Assembly: GCA_963792825.1 (NCBI GenBank)
Contig: CAWBXS010000005.1
Location: 559,056 to 623,055 of the forward strand
Direction: 5' to 3'
DNA length: 64,000 nt
DNA from: an uncultured delta proteobacterium
GTDB taxonomy: Bacteria > Myxococcota_A > Polyangia > Polyangiales > Houyiibacteriaceae
Below the pieces are notes generated by a model. It was not told the DNA's origin, did not search any database, and worked only from the letters and a program-made list of their open reading frames with translations. Positions 18,422 through 26,995 of this stretch are shown piece by piece. The position numbers and the translations under genes are program-made. Position 1 is the first letter of the stretch. Each line of letters starts with the position of its first letter.

Positions 18422-19212
18422 TGCGAGCACGGCTGCTCTTCTTCGCGATTCTAGTCGTGCCTGCAGGCGCCGCGGCTCAGGAGCCATCGTCATTGGTGGA
18501 GATTTTCGAAGCAGCAAACGTCGCTGCATCCCGTGGCGACTATGCAGATGCAATCGCCAACTACAGCAAGCTGACCGAGGCGGGTGTTCGAGACCCCGAC
18601 GTCTATTTCAACTTGGCAACGTCGTTTGCGGAATCCGGCGATTACGCTCGCGCCATTCTAAACTACGAACGCACCCTCACAGTGGACCCGAACGACCGCA
18701 AGGCCGCCGAGAACCTGCGGGACGCCGAAAAAGTCCTGGAAGAACGTCGCGCCGAGGCAGAGGGCGAAGCGACGATACGGCGGGACAGCTCGATTAGCGA
18801 TGCGATCTACGGAAGCCTCTCGGAGAACGCGCTCGCGTTCGGGTTGCTGCTCGCCAACTTGGTGTTTTTCGTCGGTCTCGGATGGGCCTTGGTCAGGCAC
18901 CGGAGAGATGGTTGGCTCTTCCCTCTGCTCCTGTCTTCGGGCGCCGTTCTTCTGTTTTGTGCAGTTGGGCTCGGCGCCAAAGCGGGTCTTTTTCGAGATG
19001 GCCCGCGTGCGATCGCGCTGGACGATCGCATCGTGCTGCGCGAAGGGCCCGATACGCGAGCGCGTGAGCGCGGAGAAGCAAGGGGGGGTGACCGGGCGGA
19101 GGTGATCGCTCGGGATGGCGATTTCGTGAAATTGCGTGTGGTTAACGGTCTCGAAGGTTGGACCCCGGCTTCCGGCGTCGGTCTGATTGATCTAGACCAT
19201 GGTGTCCATTGA
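18421..19212 (+). CDS. batE: BatE-like TPR + SH3b protein
   Basis: Signal peptide MRARLLFFAILVVPAGAAAQ, TPR repeats, two TMs and a C-terminal SH3-like segment (GDRAEVIARDGDFVKLRVVNGLEGW). The ATG at 18421 overlaps the batD stop. The listed start 17986 is an overlapping extension. Confidence 0.75.
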   Translation: MRARLLFFAILVVPAGAAAQEPSSLVEIFEAANVAASRGDYADAIANYSKLTEAGVRDPDVYFNLATSFAESGDYARAILNYERTLTVDPNDRKAAENLRDAEKVLEERRAEAEGEATIRRDSSISDAIYGSLSENALAFGLLLANLVFFVGLGWALVRHRRDGWLFPLLLSSGAVLLFCAVGLGAKAGLFRDGPRAIALDDRIVLREGPDTRARERGEARGGDRAEVIARDGDFVKLRVVNGLEGWTPASGVGLIDLDHGVH

Positions 19213-19272
19213 CAATGCCGCTCAACGGAACGAGGATGCGGCGCGGATCTCGAATCCAGGAGCGATGCAACG

Positions 19273-19662
19273 ATGACGACGGACGCCGCGACTAAGATCC
19301 TGGTCGCTGACGATGACTTGGAGATACTGGCGTTGGTGGCGCGGCACTTGAGCTCGCTGCCGGCCCAAATCGTCGAGGCTTCCGACGGAGAGGAGGCGCT
19401 TCGGCTCGCGCGACGCGAGAAGCCGAACCTCGTGGTGCTCGACGTGATGATGCCGGGCATGAGCGGGTGGGAGGTCTGTCGCGCAATCCGGGAGGACGAG
19501 TCCCTGGGAGGCACCAGGGTGATCATGCTGACTGGCATCGGCGAACGCTTGAATGAGATGACGTCGCCCCTCTACGGAGCCGACGGGTTTCTGGACAAGC
19601 CCTTCGAGCTCGAAGACCTCACGGCCAAGGTTCGCGAGGTGCTCGCGGGCCGACACTCCTGA
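19273..19662 (+). CDS. Single-domain response regulator (CheY-like receiver)
   Basis: ILVADDD...LVVLDVMMPGMSGWEV...DKPF receiver motifs with no output domain. Confidence 0.88.
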   Translation: MTTDAATKILVADDDLEILALVARHLSSLPAQIVEASDGEEALRLARREKPNLVVLDVMMPGMSGWEVCRAIREDESLGGTRVIMLTGIGERLNEMTSPLYGADGFLDKPFELEDLTAKVREVLAGRHS

Positions 19663-19703
19663 ACTTTCGCCTGATTGCCGCGTAGGCGCTATATGCTACC
19701 GGG

Positions 19704-20651
19704 GTGACGATGTGGTCGAAACGCGCAGGAATCCTCGTGCTGGCGATGGCCGCCGCGAGTTGCGCCAAGAAGGCTGAGCAAGCCTCAGGCCCCACGGAGG
19801 AGTGGCCGAAGCTCGGGCTCACGGAAGCTCAGGCGAACGAGGTACTCGCGAAGGTCGGCGACAAGACGATTACGGTGGGCGAGTTCGCAGACCGCCTGGC
19901 CTCGCAATCGCCCTATCTGCGTGCCCGCTTCGAAAGCCCGGAACGTCGGAGGGAGTTCCTCGACAATCTGGTTCGCTTCGAGCTTCTGGTCTACGAAGCG
20001 AAGCGGCGCGGCTACGCGGACAAGCCGGAGATCGTCCGGGCACGACGAAACGCGATGATCCAACAGCTGGTGAAAAAGGAAATCGACGAACCGATCGACA
20101 GTGTGGAGATCACGGAAGGCGAGGTCAAAGCCATCTACGACGCCAATCCGAGCGAATACGATCGCCCCGCTCAGGTTCGCGCGAGTGACATCTTCATCAA
20201 GGACCGCGCCCGAGCGGAAAAGCTGCTCGCCGATGCGAAGAAGGCGGACCTCGCCGGCTTCCGGAGGATGGCCCGAGAACAATCCGAAGACGAAACGACG
20301 GCCAAGGACGGTGGCGACCTGCAGTTCTTCGAAGCGAGCGGAGAAGGTCAGCCGCCGGCCTCGATTCGCGCGGCTGCATTCTCCCTCGACATGGTGGGCA
20401 CCGTGTACCCGGAGCTGGTGAAACAAGGCGACGGCTATCACATCGTCATGTTGACGGGAAAGCGCGCTCCGCTGAAACGAACCTACGAGCAGGCCAAGAG
20501 AGCGATTCGCCACGAGCTGACGCGCGAGAGGAAGGACGCGGCGATGGAGGCCCTCACCAAGCGACTTCGCGCCGAGATCGAGGTCAAAGTCGACTATGAT
20601 GCCCTCAAGGACGTTCATGTCGAGATGTCGGGCTTGCCGCAGAACCCATGA
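19704..20651 (+). CDS. Parvulin-type peptidyl-prolyl isomerase lipoprotein (PrsA/SurA-like)
   Basis: Lipobox LAMAAASC. Parvulin core (VRASDIFIK...DGGDLQFFE...GYHIVMLTGKR). Confidence 0.8.
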   Translation: MTMWSKRAGILVLAMAAASCAKKAEQASGPTEEWPKLGLTEAQANEVLAKVGDKTITVGEFADRLASQSPYLRARFESPERRREFLDNLVRFELLVYEAKRRGYADKPEIVRARRNAMIQQLVKKEIDEPIDSVEITEGEVKAIYDANPSEYDRPAQVRASDIFIKDRARAEKLLADAKKADLAGFRRMAREQSEDETTAKDGGDLQFFEASGEGQPPASIRAAAFSLDMVGTVYPELVKQGDGYHIVMLTGKRAPLKRTYEQAKRAIRHELTRERKDAAMEALTKRLRAEIEVKVDYDALKDVHVEMSGLPQNP

Positions 20652-21592
20652 TCACGCGCCTGATAGTCGCCGCCCTCTTCCTCGCGCTCGCGGCCACCGA
20701 CTCTGCCCAGGCTGACGTCGTCGAGCGAGTGGTGGCTACGGTGAACAACCAAGCGATATTTCTCAGCGATCTTCGGAAGCGCGCCGTTCCGTTCTTGCCG
20801 CAAGTCGCCGAGGCATCGACGGAAACGGAACGAATGTCGCGGCTCAAGGAGCTCTACGACGAGCTGCTCAATTTCTTGGTCGACGAGCAACTCATCAACC
20901 AGCTGGCGAAGGAAAGCGGAGTGCGCGCGACAGACGCAGACGTCGACAGTGCGATCGAGAACATTCGTTTGCAGAACAACATGACTGAAGAGCAGTTCAA
21001 GGAGGCTCTTCAAGCTCAGGGCTTGAGCGAGGCTCAGTATCGCCAAGACCTCAAGAGGCAGGTCGTTCGGCTCAAGGTGCTCAACGAGCGCGTACGATCT
21101 CGCGTCAACGTGACCGAGGAAGAGGTCAGGGCACGGTACGAGCAGTTGGCGCGGGGAGAAGGTAATGAGCTTCGCTTTCGCGTCTCACACTTCGTCATGC
21201 CCGTGCAGGATGGAGCGTCGGTGACTGAAGTCGCAGCCGTGCGCCGGGAGGCGCAGGAGATCCGCGACTCCCTCACCCCTGACGACTTCACCGGGCGTGC
21301 CGAGGAGCTTGGTGGAGGCGAGCTCGGGTGGATCGTGCGGGGCGACCTGCCCGAGGACTTGGAGCGCGCGCTCTTGCCGCTCAACGCCGGTGAGATCAGT
21401 CAACCGATCAGGGGCACCTCTGGCTTCCACGTCTTTTTCATGCAGGATCGACAGGTCGGCACCGACTTCCCTTCCTACGAAGAGATGAAGCAAGAGCTCT
21501 ATCGAGAAATGCTCGACTCGGCGATGAATCGTCAGGAGAAGATCTTCCTCGATGAGATCCGCCGCCAGGCCACCATAAACCGGATGCTTTGA
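20648..21592 (+). CDS. SurA-like chaperone / parvulin PPIase
   Basis: Signal peptide, SurA N-terminal domain (VVATVNNQAIFLSDL) and parvulin core (FRVSHFVMP...GGELGWIVRGDL...GFHVFFMQDRQ). ATGA overlap with the preceding gene. Confidence 0.8.
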   Translation: MITRLIVAALFLALAATDSAQADVVERVVATVNNQAIFLSDLRKRAVPFLPQVAEASTETERMSRLKELYDELLNFLVDEQLINQLAKESGVRATDADVDSAIENIRLQNNMTEEQFKEALQAQGLSEAQYRQDLKRQVVRLKVLNERVRSRVNVTEEEVRARYEQLARGEGNELRFRVSHFVMPVQDGASVTEVAAVRREAQEIRDSLTPDDFTGRAEELGGGELGWIVRGDLPEDLERALLPLNAGEISQPIRGTSGFHVFFMQDRQVGTDFPSYEEMKQELYREMLDSAMNRQEKIFLDEIRRQATINRML

Positions 21593-22374
21593 TGAGTGGT
21601 CAGGTGAGAATCGAGCGTGACGGACCCATAGGTCTGTTGGTCTTCGACCACGTGAAGCGTCGCAACGCCATCACGGCTGAGATGTGGAAGGCCATACCGA
21701 GGGCAGTGCAGAATCTTGAAGCGGACTCGAGCATTCGCGTCGTCATCATGCGCGGTGCTGGATCGGAGGCGTTCGTGTCGGGAGCGGATATCTCGGAATT
21801 CGAAGCGACCCGGACCGGGAACGCCGGGCGGGAATACGATGCGATGACCGCGCGGGCGTTTTCCGCGTTGCAAGACCTGGACAAACCGCTCGTCGCGTCC
21901 GTTCACGGCTACTGCATGGGCGGCGGTGCAGCCATCTCACTGACGGCCGACCTCCGGTACGCGGCCGATGACGCGCTTTTTTCGGTTCCTCCGGCCCGGC
22001 TCGGACTCGGCTATCACACGGCGGGCATCCGGGCACTGATCCGCACCGTCGGCTTTTCCGAAACGGCGCGGCTGCTGTTCACCGGCGAATCGGTCGATGC
22101 GAAAGAAGCTCGGCGGATCGGGCTCATCAACGAGGTTTTCCCAAAGGACGACTTGGACCAAAATGCCCTTCGAATCGCCCATACCGTCGCGGCCAATGCC
22201 CCTTTGACGATCCGCAGCGCGAAAATCACGCTGCAGGAGCTGGCCAAGCTCGAAGCCGAGCGGGACCCTGCGCGCATCGAGCAGTCGATTGAGCGCTGTT
22301 ACCAGAGCGACGACTTCAAAGAGGGCGTGCGCGCCTTCCTCGAAAAGCGAAAGCCGCAGTTCAAAGGCAACTGA
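21589..22374 (+). CDS. Enoyl-CoA hydratase/isomerase family protein
   Basis: Crotonase fold motifs (VVIMRGAG.EAFVSGADISEF, HGYCMGGGAAISL). Confidence 0.88.
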   Translation: MMSGQVRIERDGPIGLLVFDHVKRRNAITAEMWKAIPRAVQNLEADSSIRVVIMRGAGSEAFVSGADISEFEATRTGNAGREYDAMTARAFSALQDLDKPLVASVHGYCMGGGAAISLTADLRYAADDALFSVPPARLGLGYHTAGIRALIRTVGFSETARLLFTGESVDAKEARRIGLINEVFPKDDLDQNALRIAHTVAANAPLTIRSAKITLQELAKLEAERDPARIEQSIERCYQSDDFKEGVRAFLEKRKPQFKGN

Positions 22375-22391
22375 CGACCCGAGAAGCCCGA

Positions 22392-22451
22392 CTGCATCCC
22401 GGAGGACGGCTCGGCGCGGCGTCCCGGGCCGCGGGAGAACACGACACGGGG
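22392..22451 (+). repeat. Copy B (variant) of the interspersed repeat
   Basis: ctgcatcccggaggacggctcgg shares the first ~24 nt with copy A (10502). It continues as ...cgcgggagaacacgacacgggg. Confidence 0.65.
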
Positions 22452-22586
22452 TTCCGCCGGACGGGTCGGCTTGCAAAGGTGGCCGGATAGACTGGGGAGG
22501 TTCGGCCACGCAAGCCTCCCCTCGACGCTCACGCCAATCGGGGGTGGTTGCTGTCTGGCCGATTGTCATTCGCGACGCCGACTCCA

Positions 22587-22608
22587 CCCCATGTCGCGTT
22601 CTCCCGCG
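22587..22608 (-). repeat. Inverted partial copy of the distal part of copy B
   Basis: ccccatgtcgcgttctcccgcg equals the reverse complement of 22430-22451 at 20 of 22 positions. Confidence 0.6.
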
Positions 22609-22627
22609 CCCCTCCGTACGTCGACTT

Positions 22628-22675
22628 CTTCGGAGGAGGACGGCTCGGGATGGGCAGCACAGCGAGCGGGGGCGA
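22628..22675 (+). repeat. Copy C (diverged) of the interspersed repeat
   Basis: cttcggaggaggacggctcgggatgggcagcacagcgagcggg aligns to copy A with a 3-nt insertion and several substitutions. It is inverted relative to copy D. Confidence 0.55.
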
Positions 22676-22712
22676 CGCCAGACGTAGGGTGGCGTGAGGA
22701 GCCGGCGGAGCG

Positions 22713-22761
22713 GGTCCCGCTCGCGAGCACGCCCGTCCCTAGCCGTCCTCCGGGATTGCAG
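22713..22761 (-). repeat. Copy D of the interspersed repeat (best match to copy A)
   Basis: The reverse complement reads ctgcaatcccggaggacggctagggacgggcgtgctcgcgagcgggacc. Confidence 0.7.
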
Positions 22762-22815
22762 TAGGGCTGGCGCTCGCAACGGGAGTGACCTACAAGACTT
22801 TTCGAGGAGGAGCGC

Positions 22816-23823
22816 ATGTTGAGCAAGCAATCGACCGGTCTTCTGGCCTTCTGGCGCGACTACGATCGCAAGACGTACGTGAAGGCCGCGGTCTTGGCGG
22901 ATCGACTGGGCTACGACTCGTTTTGGCTGCCGGAGGTTTGGGGATACGAGGTCTTTTCTCTGCTAACCGAGATTGCTCTGAGAACGAAGCGGATCAAGAT
23001 CGGCACCGGAATTATCAACGTATTCAGCCGTTCGCCGGCACTCATTGCGATGCAAGCGGCAACGCTCGACGAGATTAGCGGTGGACGTCTGATCCTCGGC
23101 ATCGGTACGAGCGGCAAGAACGTCATCGAGGGCCTCCATGGGCGTGATTTCGTCAAGCCGCTCACGCAGACCCGCGACGTGATCCGCGTGGTACGGGCCC
23201 TCCTCGAGGGCCGTCCGCTGAGCGAAGCCGGCGCGGAGCTCCGTCAGTATCGGCCTTTCACGCTCGACTTCGAGCCGACGCGACGGCGCATTCCGATCTA
23301 CGTTGCGGCTTTGAAGCAGAAAGCCATCACCAGCATCGGTGAAATGGCAGATGGCTGGATGCCGATCTTCTGGCCGTACGATCGTCTAGGAGAAGGCCGC
23401 GAATGGATTGGCGAAGGTGCTGCGAAAGCTGGCCGCAACCCCAGCGAGATCGCAACCGCGCCGTTCACCACGGTGATTCCGATACCGGGGAAAGGCGCTT
23501 CCTCGAAAGCGCGCGAGATCATCTCCTTCTACATCGGCGGCATGGGGGACTACTACAAGGAGCTACTCAGCGGGTTCGGCTACGAAGATGAATGCAACGA
23601 AATCGAGCGCCTCTATCGCGACAAGGCGACACGGAAGATGGCCCCTGAAGCGGTGACCGACGACATGATCGAGGTGCTCACAATCTCGGGAGATCCGCTC
23701 CATTGCCGAAGAGAAATCGCGCGACGGCGAGAGCTGGGGATGGAACAGCCGATCATCAACCTGCCGCCCGGCATGCCCTGGCCTGGGTTGGCCGCATTCA
23801 TTACAGCGCTCGCCCGCGCGTAA
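22816..23823 (+). CDS. LLM-class (luciferase-like) flavin/F420-dependent oxidoreductase
   Basis: [22 protein letters not shown]...[12 protein letters not shown] motifs typical of the luciferase-like monooxygenase family. SD GAGGAGG lies before the ATG. Confidence 0.85.
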   Translation: MLSKQSTGLLAFWRDYDRKTYVKAAVLADRLGYDSFWLPEVWGYEVFSLLTEIALRTKRIKIGTGIINVFSRSPALIAMQAATLDEISGGRLILGIGTSGKNVIEGLHGRDFVKPLTQTRDVIRVVRALLEGRPLSEAGAELRQYRPFTLDFEPTRRRIPIYVAALKQKAITSIGEMADGWMPIFWPYDRLGEGREWIGEGAAKAGRNPSEIATAPFTTVIPIPGKGASSKAREIISFYIGGMGDYYKELLSGFGYEDECNEIERLYRDKATRKMAPEAVTDDMIEVLTISGDPLHCRREIARRRELGMEQPIINLPPGMPWPGLAAFITALARA

Positions 23824-23999
23824 CGTCTGTGCTGATCATGTGTCACGCGATGAGTGCATCCGCGCCACTTTTCTTTCCAAATGGGAACAATTACGTATGG
23901 ATCGGCAACCCATAACGTCGTATTCACGGATCAGGGGCGAGGCAGCCAAAAGAAATCGTGCGCTTAGCCACCTGCTCGGCCTTCGGGTCGAGCATCGAT

Positions 24000-24041
24000 G
24001 CGGCCGGTCGGAAACGGGCTGACCGGCCGCGTCGCTTTTTT
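24000..24041 (+). terminator. Intrinsic terminator (10-bp GC stem plus T6) with no adjacent plus-strand gene end
   Basis: gcggccggtc (24000-24009) pairs with gaccggccgc (24021-24030). A T-tract lies at 24036-24041. The nearest plus-strand stop is 23823. Confidence 0.55.
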
Positions 24042-24061
24042 GAGTCGCCGCGACCATTCGA

Positions 24062-24400
24062 TCAACGCTCGTCGGCGTTCTCGGTCATGATCGCGATCAG
24101 CTCGGCTTGTGAATTGACCCCTGCTTTTCGAAAGATCGCTCCGAGTTGTGTGTTCACAGTCCTCAGGGAGGCGCCCCGTTGCTCGGCGATCTCCTTGACC
24201 GTCAGACCTTGCAAGACGGCGTCGATGATCTCTTGCTCCGCGGAGGTAGTGCCCTCCGGATAGCGCAATTGGGGCAGTGGCACGCTCAGCACGAGCAGGC
24301 TCTCGCCACCCACGCGCATTCGGCTGACGCGGGGACCATCCTTCGGATCAGACTCAGCGGACACGGTGGAACAGTAGCGGCCCTCAGCAGACGGGGTCAA
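24062..24400 (-). CDS. Small LuxR-family HTH transcriptional regulator
   Basis: C-terminal GerE/LuxR HTH (EQEIIDAVLQGLTVKEIAEQRGASLRTVNTQLGAIFRKAGV). It starts 26 nt downstream of the acyl-CoA dehydrogenase gene. Confidence 0.8.
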   Translation of the reverse strand: MTPSAEGRYCSTVSAESDPKDGPRVSRMRVGGESLLVLSVPLPQLRYPEGTTSAEQEIIDAVLQGLTVKEIAEQRGASLRTVNTQLGAIFRKAGVNSQAELIAIMTENADER

Positions 24401-24426
24401 GCGTCCCGCTCACCGGCATCGAGACC

Positions 24427-25593
24427 TCAGAGCCCCATCTGCTTCGCGATGATGACCTTCATGATTTCGTTGGTGCCCGCGTAGATCCGCTGAACACGAG
24501 CATCCATGTACGCTCGGCTGATTGGATACTCGAGCATGTAACCGTAGCCTCCGTAGAGCTGAAGACAGGCATCGACGACTCGACCCTGCATCTCGGTCTG
24601 CCAAAGCTTGGCCATCGAGCACTCCTTGACCAGGTGCTTTCCAGCGACGTGCTGCGCGATCAGAGCATCCAGGAACGCCCTGCCTACTTCGATCTCCGTG
24701 GCACACTGAGCCAACGTGAACTGTGTGTTCTGGAACTTGGAAATCGACCGCCCGAATGCTTTCCGCTCCTGCGTATAGGCAACCGCATCCTCGAGCACCT
24801 TTTCCGCGCTCGCCTGCGACATGATCGCCACGCAGAGCCGCTCTTGCTGAAGCTTCTGCATCAGCATCATGAAACCGGCCCCTTCTCGATTGAGCAGGTG
24901 GTCCGCCGGCACCCGACAGTCGTCGAAGGCGAGCTCTGCGGTGTCTTGACTTTCCATTCCCATCTTTTCGAGCCTTCGGCTCTTGATGAAGCCGGGGGTA
25001 TCCGCTTCGACGACGAACAGCGACAAGCTACGATGGGGGTCCTCGGAGTTTTCCGTCCGCGCGGCAACGATGACCAAGTCGCAAGACATCCCGTTGGAGA
25101 TGAACGTCTTGGCGCCATTGATGACGTAACCGTCACCGTCGCGCTTCGCCGTAGTCCTAATGCCGGCCAGGTCGGAGCCGGTGCCCGGCTCGGTCATCGC
25201 AAGCGCGGTGATCGTTTCGCCGCTGGCGCAGCCTGGGAGCCACTTCGCTCTTTGCTCGGCGTTCCCGAACTCGTGGATGTAGGGAACGATGATGTCCGAG
25301 TGAAGGCTCGACGCCCAGCCGGACTCGTAGGCTCGCGAAAGCTCCTCCATGACGATGACCGAGTGAAGGAAATCACCGCCGCCACCGCCGTACTCTTCCT
25401 CCATCCACGGGCAGAGAAATCCGAGCTCACCGGCTTCGACCCAAATCTCCCTGTCGACGACGCCGCGCTCCCGCCACTTCGCCTGCTGAGGGATGATTCG
25501 CGTTTCGACGAACTGCCGGAAGTTGGATCGAAAGATCTCGTGTTCTTCGGCAAATAGGCTTCGTTCCATCATGCTCCCCGACTGAATCGCCAT
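24427..25593 (-). CDS. Acyl-CoA dehydrogenase
   Basis: Full-length ACAD architecture (ALAMTEPGTGSDLAGI, GGYGYMLEYPISRAYMDARVQRIYAGTNEI). Confidence 0.92.
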   Translation of the reverse strand: MAIQSGSMMERSLFAEEHEIFRSNFRQFVETRIIPQQAKWRERGVVDREIWVEAGELGFLCPWMEEEYGGGGGDFLHSVIVMEELSRAYESGWASSLHSDIIVPYIHEFGNAEQRAKWLPGCASGETITALAMTEPGTGSDLAGIRTTAKRDGDGYVINGAKTFISNGMSCDLVIVAARTENSEDPHRSLSLFVVEADTPGFIKSRRLEKMGMESQDTAELAFDDCRVPADHLLNREGAGFMMLMQKLQQERLCVAIMSQASAEKVLEDAVAYTQERKAFGRSISKFQNTQFTLAQCATEIEVGRAFLDALIAQHVAGKHLVKECSMAKLWQTEMQGRVVDACLQLYGGYGYMLEYPISRAYMDARVQRIYAGTNEIMKVIIAKQMGL

Positions 25594-25654
25594 TCATTTA
25601 GCGGAGGGTGCGCCATCTGGCAAGACCAGCGCCACCTCGCATGCTTGCCGGACG

Positions 25655-26995
25655 GTGTCGGCCTCTCTATTGTGCCCCGCCATGCGCCGCCGACCGGCTC
25701 GCTTTCCCCTGCTTCTCGTCTTGTTCGCTGCGATTCCAGCAACCGCGCTTGCAAGCGGCGACGAACACGGTCTGGGCTACGACATTTGGCTCGTTCTCGC
25801 GGGCATGATCCTCGCGGCGAAGCTCGGCGGCGAGATCGCCGTGCGCTTGAATCAGCCAGCGGTTCTCGGGGAGCTTTGCATGGGTATCCTCCTCGGCAAC
25901 GTGTACCTCGTTGGAATCCACACCTTCGAAGGCGCGGCGGAGCTCGTCCCGGTCGAGTTCCTCGCGGAGCTCGGGGTAGTGCTTCTCCTGTTCGAAGTGG
26001 GGCTCGAGTCCACGCTCACGGAGATGCGCGCGGTCGCGCCGACATCGGGGCTGGTCGCGGTGATCGGCGTGATCGCACCGATGGCGATGGGATACGGAGT
26101 CAGTCTCTGGTTACTCCCGGACGCGTCCTTTTCGCTGCACCTTTTCATTGGCGCCACCCTGTGCGCGACGAGCGTAGGCATCACCGCACGTGTCCTGAAA
26201 GACCTCGATGCAATGGCACGCCCCGAGACCCGCGTCATCCTCGGTGCTGCGGTCATCGACGACGTGTTGGGTCTCATCGTGCTCGCCGTCGTGGCCAGCA
26301 TCGCGGAGTTCGGCTCGGTCCCGGGTCCACGGGACTTTGCGGTCATCATCGGTCTGGCGGTGGGCTTTCTCCTCGGTGCACTCTTGCTCGGCGCTTACGT
26401 CATGCCCGGCGTCTTTCGAGTCGCGTCGAAGCTACGGACCCCGGATGTCCTGGCAGCGGTGGCGATAGGTCTGTGTCTTCTCCTTGCAGGCGCATCGGGC
26501 GCCGCCGGCCTTGCCCCGATCGTTGGCGCGTTTGCCGCCGGCCTCATCCTAGACGAGGTTCATGTCAGACCTTTCGGCCGAAAGTCGGCGCACGACATCA
26601 CCGAGCTGATCGGTCCGATCGTCGCCGTGATGGCGCCTATCTTCTTCGTGCGCACCGGAATGATGGTTCGTTTCGGCGGCATTGGAACCGAGCCTCTCGT
26701 CTTGGCACTGGCGCTGACAGTCGTTGCAATCGTAGGCAAGCTAGTCGCCGGGTTCGGCGTTCGGGGCGGGACGGCGGATAAGCTCACGGTCGGCATCGGG
26801 ATGGTTCCACGGGGCGAGGTCGGTCTCATCTTTGCCAACGTCGGCGCGCGCATTCACGTCGGCGGCGAACCCATCATCGCGGCGGGCGTCTACGCAGCCA
26901 TCGTCCTCATGGTGATGGCCAGCACGGTCGTCACGCCGCCATGGCTCGCTCAGCGCATCCGAAAAGTGACACGCAATCAGCCCAATGTCACTTGA
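25655..26995 (+). CDS. Cation:proton antiporter (CPA1/CPA2 family)
   Basis: About 12 TM segments and an N-terminal NQPAVLGELCMGILLGN motif. The start may be the internal Met at 25682. Confidence 0.85.
   Translation: MSASLLCPAMRRRPARFPLLLVLFAAIPATALASGDEHGLGYDIWLVLAGMILAAKLGGEIAVRLNQPAVLGELCMGILLGNVYLVGIHTFEGAAELVPVEFLAELGVVLLLFEVGLESTLTEMRAVAPTSGLVAVIGVIAPMAMGYGVSLWLLPDASFSLHLFIGATLCATSVGITARVLKDLDAMARPETRVILGAAVIDDVLGLIVLAVVASIAEFGSVPGPRDFAVIIGLAVGFLLGALLLGAYVMPGVFRVASKLRTPDVLAAVAIGLCLLLAGASGAAGLAPIVGAFAAGLILDEVHVRPFGRKSAHDITELIGPIVAVMAPIFFVRTGMMVRFGGIGTEPLVLALALTVVAIVGKLVAGFGVRGGTADKLTVGIGMVPRGEVGLIFANVGARIHVGGEPIIAAGVYAAIVLMVMASTVVTPPWLAQRIRKVTRNQPNVT

Noticed and set aside
23840-24022. 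60-aa ORF in the LLM/LuxR spacer as a possible small protein
   Set aside because: It has no SD and an Arg-rich, unremarkable sequence, and it runs into the terminator stem. I report the region as a possible RNA feature instead.
25645-26781. 378-aa ORF overlapping the antiporter gene in another frame
   Set aside because: It is extremely Arg/Gly/Pro-rich. The in-frame antiporter ORF (25655..26995) shows about 12 hydrophobic helices and family motifs.
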